Assembly (NCBI GenBank): GCA_020632665.1
Contig: JACKFC010000001.1
Coordinates: 205,893 to 269,892, forward strand
Source: Deltaproteobacteria bacterium
Lineage (GTDB): Bacteria > Myxococcota_A > UBA9042
Direction: 5' to 3'
DNA length: 64,000 nucleotides
Shown: in pieces, positions 36,736 through 44,696 of the stretch
Position numbering within the stretch: position 1 is the first letter of the stretch
How the letters are laid out: every line of letters begins with the position of its first letter
Translations under genes and position numbers: made by a program
The notes under the pieces: model-generated
What the model saw: the letters and a program-made list of their open reading frames with translations, nothing else
What the model was told of the DNA's origin: nothing
Databases searched by the model: none

Positions 36736-37385
36736 ATGCAGCGAGATTCTTGGAGAGGGCGAATTCGCGATTCCGTGTCGTCGTCACGTGGTCCCGCCGC
36801 GGCGCGTGCTGCGCCAGATGACGGGGAGGGCCCGCGGCCGCCGTCGCAGGTATCGCTCGCCAGAATCGACGTGACCGACCGCAGTCTGTGCTGCCGCACG
36901 CACGTTCGCGTCGGCCGGCTGGCCGGGGAGATCGCCGAAGTCGGTTTGCAGGTGCCCATCCTGCTTCGCGCCAGTCCGAGGGCAGACTAGCTCTTTTAAG
37001 TCGTGGTCGGCTTCCGCCGCGTGGCAGCCGTGATGGCATTGGGCCATGCGGAGATCCTCGTGCACGTTCGCAACGACCTCGATGACGTGCAGGCATTGCG
37101 ATTGGCGATCGCCAGCAACGCCGCCGGTGCGGCGCTGACCGACCTGGACCGCGCGCGGCTGGTGCTCCGCCTACGCCGCCGACGCCGACGCTGTTCAATC
37201 TGGTCGGCACTGATCTGCAGCGCGGGCGGGCCCGGCTGTTCGCGCTCGCCATCGACCGCAGCCAACTCAGCGAAGCCGCCGTCGCGTCGCTAGCGGCGGA
37301 CGCGGCGGCCCTGCTATCGTTGCTGGGCCAAGACGTGAGCCCGCTGCGCAACGTAGACGAAGGAGAGAGCCATGACCTTGCATGA
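36736..37385 (+). pseudogene. ParB/Srx-like N-terminal-domain gene, degraded (two in-frame stops plus a probable frameshift)
   Basis: ORFs 36673..36990 and 37003..37293 are in the same frame, separated by TAG (36988) and TAA (36997). The joined text ...VSLARIDV...VGRLAGEIAEVGLQVPILLRASPRAD*LF*VVVGFRRVAAVMALGHAEILVHVRNDLDDVQALRLAIASN...LDRARLV follows the ParB N-domain pattern. A protein-like continuation (LFNLVGTDLQRGRARLFALAIDRSQLSEAAV...) lies in another frame after ~37170. Confidence 0.55.
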
Positions 37386-40178
37386 AGGACGGGAGGCGGA
37401 AATCGATTTCCGCCGAGGCCGATGCGCTCGATCGGCGGTTCACGGCACGCAATTCATGCGGCTGCTGCTCGCTTGGGCCTTGCTCGCGACGGCGCTGACC
37501 GGCTGCGGCGAGGACGATGGCGCGGCGTCGAAGGACGCTGGAGCGACAGCCGACGTCTCGGGTGGGGGCGCAGACAGCAGCGTGGATTCTGACGCGGCGG
37601 CCGTTGGCGATGGAGATGGCGCCGCGGCGGACACCGGCGACGCCGAGGTCGGCGACACCGCGGCGGACGTCGTTCCCGCGCAGTCGTGCGTCGAGCACGC
37701 CGATTGTGCCGGCATCGCGAAGCTGTGCATCGAGGGCGTATGCGTCGCTGGGCCTGCTTGCACCTCCGACAAGACGTGCGTGGCCTATGGGGCCGTCTGC
37801 GCCAAGGCGCTCGGATATTGTGCGCCTTGCGTCGTCGACGCCGATTGCGGCGGCGACCAGACGTGCAAGGCGTGGCGCTGCGATGGCACCCCAACGCAGT
37901 GCAGCAGCAGCAAGGAATGCGCCGCGGAGGGCAAGGTCTGCGACAAAGGTGTGGGGAGCTGCGTCTCGTGCGTGACGGTCGACGACTGCGCCAGCGGCGA
38001 GACGTGCTGGCAGAACCAATGCGCCGCGCCGCTCTGCGAGCCGGGTAGCTTGGGCTGCGTCGATGCGCAGACGCAATGGACCTGCGACGCCAACGCGCTG
38101 ACCAAGACGGCCAGTGCCTGCGGGGCAAGCGAGGTCTGCGCCACGAAGGGCTGCGAGAAGCTCATCTGCTCGGCTGGCGAAACGCGCTGCAACACTGCCG
38201 GACTGCAGACCTGCGAAGCGAGCGGCTTGGTGTGGGGCGCTGCGGTGCCTTGCCCGACCGGCCAGGCGTGCATCGGCAAGAGCTGCCAGGCTGCGGTCTG
38301 CGTTCCGGGAACCAGCGACTGCAAGGACGGCGGCGTCGCGATCTGTGCGGCCGACGGCGCAGGATGGAAGCAGACGCCATGTGCGAGCGCGACGGCTTGT
38401 CAGGTCGAGGCGGGCAAGGCGAGCTGCGTGGCGCTGCTGTGTAGTCCCGGGAGCAAGGCGTGCCAGGGCGAGGTCGTGCAGCTCTGCGCGAATGACGGGC
38501 TCTCGGTCTCGCCCGGCGCGGACTGCGGCAACCCGGGGCCGGGAGGCGCGGCTCAGGTCTGCCTCGGCGGCAAATGCGTGCCAGCGGGGTGCACGGCGGG
38601 CGCGACGTCGTGCGCCGACGATGGCGCGCTGCTGACGTGCAAGGGCGATGGCGCCGGCTGGATCTCCAGCGCGTGCGGCGAAGGCAAGACCTGCCTCGGC
38701 GGCGCGTGCGTCGCGCAAAGCTGCGTTCCGGGGAAGAAAGCCTGTGCAGGTGCGCTGGTCATGGTCTGCAACGCCAACGGGACGGATCAGGAGATCGCAC
38801 AGGACTGCGGCCTGACCAGTGATGCTTGTGGTGATGGCGTGTGCGAGGGGGGGCGTGCGCGATCGCTGCGAAATCCTGCGACGACGGCAAGGTCTGCACG
38901 GTGGACGCCTGCGAGGCGAGCAAGGGCTGTACGCATGTGCCGGGGTCTGGCGCTTGTGAAGATGGCGATGCTTGTTCGGACGGCGACACCTGTGCGGACG
39001 GCGTCTGCAAGCCGGGACCGGCGAAGAGCTGCGACGATGGGAACCCGTGTACGGCCGACGCGTGTGTAGCGGCCAAGGGCTGTACGAATGAGGCGGGGTC
39101 CGAGGGGGCGAGCTGTGCTGCGGTCGATGGCGGCGTGTGCAAGCTGGGGCAGTGCGTGGCTTCCTGCCCGTTCGGCTACGAGGCGGTGGAGATCGACAAG
39201 GGCGGCGTCAAAGCGATCTCTTGTGCCGCGGTGCAGCAGGTGTGGGGGTTGCGGCCGGAGAGTACGGCGGGGTTGTTGAAGGTCGAGACGATTGGCGGCG
39301 GGAAGGTGCTGGTGGATAGCGGGACTGGAATGATGTGGGAGCCGGGGGTGGTGCAGGGCAGCAAGAAGTGGGACGACGCTGTGAAGGCGTGCGATGAACT
39401 GGTTCATGCGGGGTTCGAGGATTGGCGGCTGCCGACGCTGTGGGAGGCTGTCGCCTTGATAGATTGGGCGACGACGCCAAGCAAGGGGTGCTATGCGCCT
39501 GTCGTTTTCGACGTCTGGGGTGGTGGAGCCTATTCGCCTGGCGACTGGTGGCTGATATTTTGGACATCTACGTTGGCGAAGCTCTCCAAACCCGACCCGT
39601 CCACCAAAAGCCCGTTTACTATTGGATTGTTAGAATCAAACAGCTGCTTTGCAAGTGCGATTGGTAGTACTGAATATAGGAGTGTGCGCTGCGTCAGGAC
39701 CCAACAGACGATTGAGGCCAAACCACAGCGATTTGCGGTGAGTGGCAGCGGTGGCGACGCGGTGGTTTCCGACGGCTGGACGAAGCGTGATTGGCTACAG
39801 GCCAACTCGGCGGGCCCATTGACCTACATGGCGGCGCAAGGCTGGTGCAGCTCGATGAAGGTCGCTGGCGGGGGATGGCGGCTACCGGACTTCCGGGAAC
39901 TCTACAGTTTGTTTGGCAATTCTCCAGGATCTGGCTACTTCGATGCCACTGCACTGAGCGAAGGGTCGAAGGACGGACTCGCGACCTCGACGTGGACAAC
40001 GACAAAGGGCAACAAGAGCAACTCCAACTTCACCTATCGTGTAGTCGCAACCCTGCTGGGCCCCAGCAACAAGATAGTGACCAATTCAGGCGGCGTGAGT
40101 GAAGCGGGCGACTTCAAGAAGACACCTGGTGGAGACTTGCCCGTACAGTTCACGCGCTGCGTTCGCAACTCAAAGTAG
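37372..40178 (+). pseudogene. Cys-rich repeat lipoprotein 2 with two C-terminal DUF1566 (Lcl-C-like) domains, split by a frameshift in a G7 tract
   Basis: ORF 37372..39069 (lipoprotein signal MRLLLAWALLATALTGC from the ATG at 37456) and ORF 38841..40178 join seamlessly if the G run at 38847..38853 were G8: ...CGDGVCEGG|ACAIAAKSCDDGKVCTVDAC... The tail carries two W..A...C......G..DWRLP...E.......(V)RCVR units. Confidence 0.75.
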
Positions 40179-40365
40179 CAAATACAACAACATAATCACG
40201 CTTGTTCGCGAGGGAATTGGGTGGTCATCCTGCCCTGAGGGATCCCCTCGATCGCATCACGGCCTCCCGGGCTTGACCTTCGATCCCACCGACCCCAGCT
40301 TGCCGACCTGTGACCAGGGAGGCAACGATGGCGAAGAACACGAAACGAAAGATGTGGCGAGGAAT

Positions 40366-40545
40366 ATGCCAGACGACATTGCCGCACGGTTCGCTGGAGG
40401 TCGCGACGGGTTCCTCGAATTTCTGGAGTTGCTCCTCATCCCCGACATCGACGGCTTCGGCACCGGAATCCTGGACAGCATCTCCTTCGCCGCCGAGATC
40501 GAGCTGCGCCAGGTCGACATCAAGGGCTGGGTTCACGCCCCGTGA
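40366..40545 (+). CDS. Possible small acidic protein (59 aa); speculative
   Basis: MPDDIAARFAGGRDGFLEFLELLLIPDIDGFGTGILDSISFAAEIELRQVDIKGWVHAP has strongly G/C-biased third codon positions, unlike the other frames. It has no convincing RBS. A GGAGG+ATG at 40328 is in a different, less protein-like frame. Confidence 0.25.
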   Translation: MPDDIAARFAGGRDGFLEFLELLLIPDIDGFGTGILDSISFAAEIELRQVDIKGWVHAP

Positions 40546-40618
40546 GCACGTGGCTGGGATCGCAGAGACGACGCCAGCCGCCGGCATCGGGACCAAACCG
40601 GCGTGCCGATGCCGATAT

Positions 40619-40651
40619 GCCGATCGGGCCTCTTGACCGCAGCCACGGCAT
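40619..40651 (+). repeat. Right copy of the 33-bp direct repeat GCCGATCGGGCCTCTTGACCGCAGCC(AC)GGCAT
   Basis: See 35539..35571. In this copy TTGACC is followed 17 nt later by TAGAAA, a possible promoter for the downstream HhH lipoprotein gene. Confidence 0.85.
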
Positions 40652-40821
40652 CTTCTAGAAAGCGCGCCCTTCGTCGAGGTCCGTGGCGGATCTTGCCCCT
40701 CGACGACCGCGCCGCCTCTGCAGCTGTGCAGCCCCGGCGCGAACTGTGAATCCACGGCATCGCTGACGACGCCCCCACCGCGCTGCGGCGTGGCGTCCGC
40801 GTCGTGCTCTGGAGTGTGGGC

Positions 40822-41277
40822 ATGAAATGCTTTCTGCGCGCGCCGATGATGGCGTTGCTCGCTGCGCATTGCGCGGCGTTGTGTTCTCTCGGCTGCGTCG
40901 AGCTCGCTGGGCCGACGGACGACCCGATGTCGCCGAGCTCGGCGGTCGCGACCCTGACGCCGCCATCCGCGCCGGGTGCCGCATCGGCGCAGGTCATCGA
41001 AGGCGTGAACTTCGATCCGACCGAGGCGATCCGGGTGCTCGACTACGTCAACCACGCCACGCTCGAGGAGCTCGATATCGGCGCGGGGATCGACGTCCGC
41101 GCGGCGAAGAGCATCGTCGCGGCACAGCCGATCGCGAACTTGCAGGAGCTCGGCGGCCTCTATTTCGTGGGGACGGTGACGCTCGAGCAGCTCAAGGCGG
41201 CTGCGCTGGCCGACGAGGCCGGCAAGACGCTCGCTGGCCAACCGACGCTGAACACCGCGGGTCAACGCGCCATCTAG
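40822..41277 (+). CDS. Lipoprotein with ComEA-like helix-hairpin-helix DNA-binding domain
   Basis: ATG at 40822 gives MKCFLRAPMMALLAAHCAALCSLGC|VE. The C-terminal LDYVNHATLEELDIGAGIDVRAAKSIVAAQPIANLQELGGLYFVGTVTLEQLK follows the ComEA/HhH pattern. Confidence 0.7.
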   Translation: MKCFLRAPMMALLAAHCAALCSLGCVELAGPTDDPMSPSSAVATLTPPSAPGAASAQVIEGVNFDPTEAIRVLDYVNHATLEELDIGAGIDVRAAKSIVAAQPIANLQELGGLYFVGTVTLEQLKAAALADEAGKTLAGQPTLNTAGQRAI

Positions 41278-41353
41278 GGTCCGACCCTGGGGTGTGGCTG
41301 TCCCCGAGCATCGTCGCGGTTCGGGATCGACGACGGCTTCGCTCGCATCCTTT

Positions 41354-41649
41354 CTCCCCGCCGGGCCGGGGAGCGGGGCCCCAGGCCCAGCGCGGGGCGA
41401 CCGACCGCGAATCGTCCTCTCTCCCCGCCTTGCGGGGAGAGATGGGCCGGAGGCCCAGAGAGGGGCGACGAAGGATTGCGCACCGCAGGCGCACCACTCG
41501 AGGTCCGTGCAGCGAGCGCTACCGACGAGCACTGCGCAAGGAACCATGCCGAATCGACGCCGGGCTTGGGACAACCGAAGGCGCATCGTCGCATTGCGGA
41601 TACGGCCCCTCTCTGCCTCCGGCATCTCTCCCCGGATACCGGGGAGAGA
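41354..41649. repeat. Three REP-like GC hairpins (CTCCCCG..CGGGGAG cores at 41354-41373, 41418-41442, 41625-41649). The first two sit in a ~60-bp repeated unit.
   Basis: Read directly: CTCCCCGccgggcCGGGGAG; TCTCTCCCCGCcttGCGGGGAGAGA; TCTCTCCCCGGataCCGGGGAGAGA. Units 1 and 2 also share ...GGCC..AGGCCCAG.G.GGGGCGAC. They lie in a convergent intergenic region. Confidence 0.8.
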
Positions 41650-41680
41650 GTCTGCACAGCGCACGGGAACATGCCGAGAC

Positions 41681-41741
41681 GGCGCTCGGCGCTGGACAAG
41701 GAAGTGGGACTGGCGCTCGGCGCTGGACAACGATGTGGGAC
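41681..41741. repeat. 31-bp period tandem duplication GGCGCTCGGCGCTGGACAA(G/C)GA(A/T)GTGGGAC x2
   Basis: Read directly. The two 30-nt units (41681-41710, 41712-41741) differ at 2 positions. Confidence 0.85.
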
Positions 41742-41830
41742 CGGCACTCTGCGCTGGCCGACCAGGCCGCCAAGACGCTCGCCGACGGGTCGGGCGGATC
41801 GCCCGTCTACCGGCCTTTCGCGCGGGCGAT

Positions 41831-42292
41831 CTAGCCTTCGGAGGGGCGGTAGGCACGGAAGAAGCCGACCTGCTCGGTGCCCTTCCAGATCGCCCCCGCG
41901 ATGACGCCTTCGCCGACGCGGCCGCGGAAGACGCGGCGGTCGGCCTTGGCGCCGTCCTTGGTCTTGCAGCTGCGGTTGCTCCAGTCGATCTCGAACTCGA
42001 GGTTGCCGTTCCGCGCGCGGCCCGAGCAGATCGTGTAGCGCTGCGGCCCGGAGGCGAGGCGGAGCTCGACCTCGCCCTCGACGCGGTGGTCGTCGGGCGC
42101 CTCGGCCGGCAGCATCACGACCAGCGGGAAGGCGTCGATCGGCCCGATATCGGCCGTGCCCTGCCACATCCCGGCGGTCGGCGCCGAGCAACCCAGCATC
42201 CCGAGGCCGAGCATGGCGAGGCCGGCGCGGCGCAGGGTGCGGCCGATGGAGCCCGTGGTTCGGTTGTCGTCTCGATTGTCGTGGACCTGCAT
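41831..42292 (-). CDS. Small lipoprotein, unknown function
   Basis: The ATG at 42292 lies 9 nt after GGAGGA. MQVHDNRDDNRTTGSIGRTLRRAGLAMLGLGMLGC|SAP (lipobox). Beta-rich mature part. Confidence 0.7.
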   Translation of the reverse strand: MQVHDNRDDNRTTGSIGRTLRRAGLAMLGLGMLGCSAPTAGMWQGTADIGPIDAFPLVVMLPAEAPDDHRVEGEVELRLASGPQRYTICSGRARNGNLEFEIDWSNRSCKTKDGAKADRRVFRGRVGEGVIAGAIWKGTEQVGFFRAYRPSEG

Positions 42293-42399
42293 GTGCGCCA
42301 TCCTCCGCGCCGCCCGGGCGCGACCTCGACGATAGCAGCGCAGGCCCGAGCGCAAAGAAACTCACCCGGTCCGGCCGGGCGCGGACCACGGAGACGAAG

Positions 42400-43524
42400 A
42401 TGGCCAAGACGATCGGTTTGTTGACCGGCGGAGGCGATTGCCCGGGGCTGAACGCGGTGATCTGGTCGGTCGTCCGCGCCGCCGCGCACGAAGGCATCGA
42501 GGTCCTCGGCATCGAAGACGGCTTCGAGGGCCTGATCGCCGGCGGCACGGTTCGCAAGCTCGGGCCGGCGGAGACGCGCGGCATCCACCGCGAAGGCGGC
42601 ACGGTGCTCGGCACCACCAACCGCGGCAACCCCTTCCGCTACCGCACCGAGCAGCCCGACGGCAGCGTGGTCGAGACCGATTGCTCGGACGACGTGGTCC
42701 GCGCGGTGCGGCGGCTCGGCCTCGAGGGGCTGATCACCATCGGCGGCGACGGCTCGCTCGCCATCGCCCACGAGCTCAGCAAGAAGGGCGTGCCGATCAT
42801 CGGCGTGCCCAAGACCATCGACAACGACCTCTCCGCCACCGACAACACCTTCGGCTTCTATTCGGCGGTGACCACGGCGATGGAGGCGCTCGACAAGCTC
42901 AAGACGACCGCCGAGAGCCACGACCGCGTGATGATCCTCGAGGTCATGGGCCGCGACGCGGGCTGGATCGCGATCGCGTCGGGCCTCGCCGCCGGGGCGC
43001 ATTGCATCTTGATCCCGGAGATCCCGTACCGCACCGACGTGGTGCTCGAGCGAATTCGCTCCCGCTGGGCGGAGGAGCAGCGCAACTACACGCTGATCGT
43101 GGTGGCCGAGGGGGCGTTCTCGGCCGGCGGCGACAAGAGCTACGTACAGGCCGCGGGCGTCGGCACCGTCGCCCGCTTCGGCGGCGCGGGTCACCAGCTG
43201 CAGGCGGCCCTCGAGGCGGCGTTCTCCGAGGGCTGGGACCGTCGCCGCGGGGTCCCGGAGGTGCGGACCACGGTCCTCGGCCACCTGCAGCGCGGCGGCT
43301 CGCCGGGCGCCTACGACCGCATCATCTCCATGCGCTTCGGCGCCCACGCGGCCCAGCTGGCCGCCGCCGGCAAGTGGAATCGTATGGTCGCGCTGCAAGG
43401 GATCGAGATCGGGTCGGTCCCGCTGGCCGAGGCGATCGGCAAGCAACACCTCGTCGAAGCCGACGGACAGCTGGTCCAGACGGCACGCGCGGTCGGCATC
43501 TGCATGGGCGATCGCTGGCCGTAG
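42400..43524 (+). CDS. pfkA: ATP-dependent 6-phosphofructokinase
   Basis: 374-aa ORF. IGLLTGGGDCPGLNAVI, TIGGDGSLAI (GGDGS is the ATP type), IGVPKTIDNDL, MGRDAGWIA. Confidence 0.92.
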   Translation: MAKTIGLLTGGGDCPGLNAVIWSVVRAAAHEGIEVLGIEDGFEGLIAGGTVRKLGPAETRGIHREGGTVLGTTNRGNPFRYRTEQPDGSVVETDCSDDVVRAVRRLGLEGLITIGGDGSLAIAHELSKKGVPIIGVPKTIDNDLSATDNTFGFYSAVTTAMEALDKLKTTAESHDRVMILEVMGRDAGWIAIASGLAAGAHCILIPEIPYRTDVVLERIRSRWAEEQRNYTLIVVAEGAFSAGGDKSYVQAAGVGTVARFGGAGHQLQAALEAAFSEGWDRRRGVPEVRTTVLGHLQRGGSPGAYDRIISMRFGAHAAQLAAAGKWNRMVALQGIEIGSVPLAEAIGKQHLVEADGQLVQTARAVGICMGDRWP

Positions 43525-43678
43525 CGACACGAACTGACGCCTCACGTCAGCGCTGACAATTTTCGTCAGCGCTGTCCGTACACGCCGACACATTTCGTCA
43601 TCGACGCGCGCGGCTTCCGCTTCGTTATCCAGACAAAACCTACTCCATTTCGTCTTGTTGTAGATTTCTCGCGGCGGT

Positions 43679-43694
43679 TGGCACCGGATCTGCA
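43679..43694 (+). promoter_or_regulatory. Sigma-54-type promoter TGGCAC-cggat-CTGCA upstream of the pilin gene
   Basis: GG and GC dinucleotides are separated by exactly 10 nt. One mismatch to TGGCAC-N5-TTGCW. Located 100 nt upstream of the pilin ATG. Confidence 0.65.
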
Positions 43695-43793
43695 CATAGG
43701 TTTCGTGCCGAGAGGCACCGGCCGCCTCGCACGACGCGCCGGGTCCACAGAGAGGGGCACGCGTCGTGCCTGCCAACCACCCAGGGGGATTCC

Positions 43794-44363
43794 ATGTTCA
43801 AGTCCATCCGTGACAACAAGGGCTTCACGCTCATCGAGCTGATGATCGTCGTCGCCATCATCGCCATCCTCGCGGTCGTCGCCGTGCCGCAGTTCACCAA
43901 GTACATGCGTTCGGCGAAGACGGCTGAGGCCAACGAGATGCTCGACATCATCAAGAAGGGCTCGGCCGCGTACTACACCACGCCGCGTACCCAGCAGGGC
44001 ACGATGACCAAGGTCGACTGCCAGTTCCCCGCCTTCGTCGGCACCACGCCGGTCGGCTCGGGCTGCTGCAACATCGACGGCAACGGCGACGACCGCTGCG
44101 ATCCGTCGCCCTCGTCCTGGAACAGCAAGAGCTGGTCGGCCCTGAAGTTCTCGATCACCGACGAGCACTACTTCCAGTACACCTACAACAGCGCCGGCAC
44201 GCTCTCGACCGCGAAGTACACCGCGACCGCGAACGCCGACCTCGACTGCGATACGATCTTCTCGACGTTCGAGATCGTCGGTACGGGTGACCCGAATGCT
44301 CGTAAGGCCGAGTGCAACGCGGTTGGTGCTCCGGCTATCTTCCGTGACCAGGAGACCGAGTAA
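43794..44363 (+). CDS. pilA: Type IV pilin (PilA-like major pilin)
   Basis: 189-aa ORF with the prepilin leader and methylation motif MFKSIRDNKG|FTLIELMIVVAIIAILAVVAVPQF. Cys pairs in the C-terminal head. Confidence 0.92.
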   Translation: MFKSIRDNKGFTLIELMIVVAIIAILAVVAVPQFTKYMRSAKTAEANEMLDIIKKGSAAYYTTPRTQQGTMTKVDCQFPAFVGTTPVGSGCCNIDGNGDDRCDPSPSSWNSKSWSALKFSITDEHYFQYTYNSAGTLSTAKYTATANADLDCDTIFSTFEIVGTGDPNARKAECNAVGAPAIFRDQETE

Positions 44364-44394
44364 GAACTCGGCGACCTAGCTCGCTTCTACGCGC

Positions 44395-44427
44395 GGGGGC
44401 CCTTTCGGGGGCCCCCGTTGCGTTTTT
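44395..44427 (+). terminator. Rho-independent terminator of the pilin gene
   Basis: GGGGGCCC-tttcgg-GGGCCCCC stem-loop followed by gttgcgTTTTT, 32 nt after the stop codon. Confidence 0.75.
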
Positions 44428-44696
44428 GCGGGTTTGTTCGCCTCGCGGGTGGTTTTGTTTTTTCGTGCTGGGTTCGCCTTTTCAGGCGTGGGGGATCAAA
44501 GAGGGGTGGGCCCCTCTTTGGAACTCCCCCGTCCGAAGGGGGGGCTTGCGCACCCCCTTCGGGCATCCCCCGCATTGGCCGGCGAGGTAGGACGGGGTGG
44601 GCTGCGCCGCCTTGGCACTTCGCCTTCGCTTCGCTTCGGCTTTGGCCTTTGCGGCGGGGTGGGGTGAGGTTGGGGAGGGGCTTCGCCTTTGTTGGC

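Noticed and set aside
40270-40310. Possible tRNA 3' fragment (ccTTCGATCCCaccgaccccagc) that could mark an integration site
   Set aside because: The T-loop-like TTCGATC is not flanked by complementary 5-bp stem arms, and no acceptor stem or CCA context can be built. No tRNA gene is present in the window.
40225-41856. 543-aa minus-strand ORF across the HhH lipoprotein gene and the REP-like region
   Set aside because: Its translation is Arg/Pro/Ala-rich. It runs antisense to a gene with a clear lipobox and HhH motif, and otherwise covers hairpin repeats.
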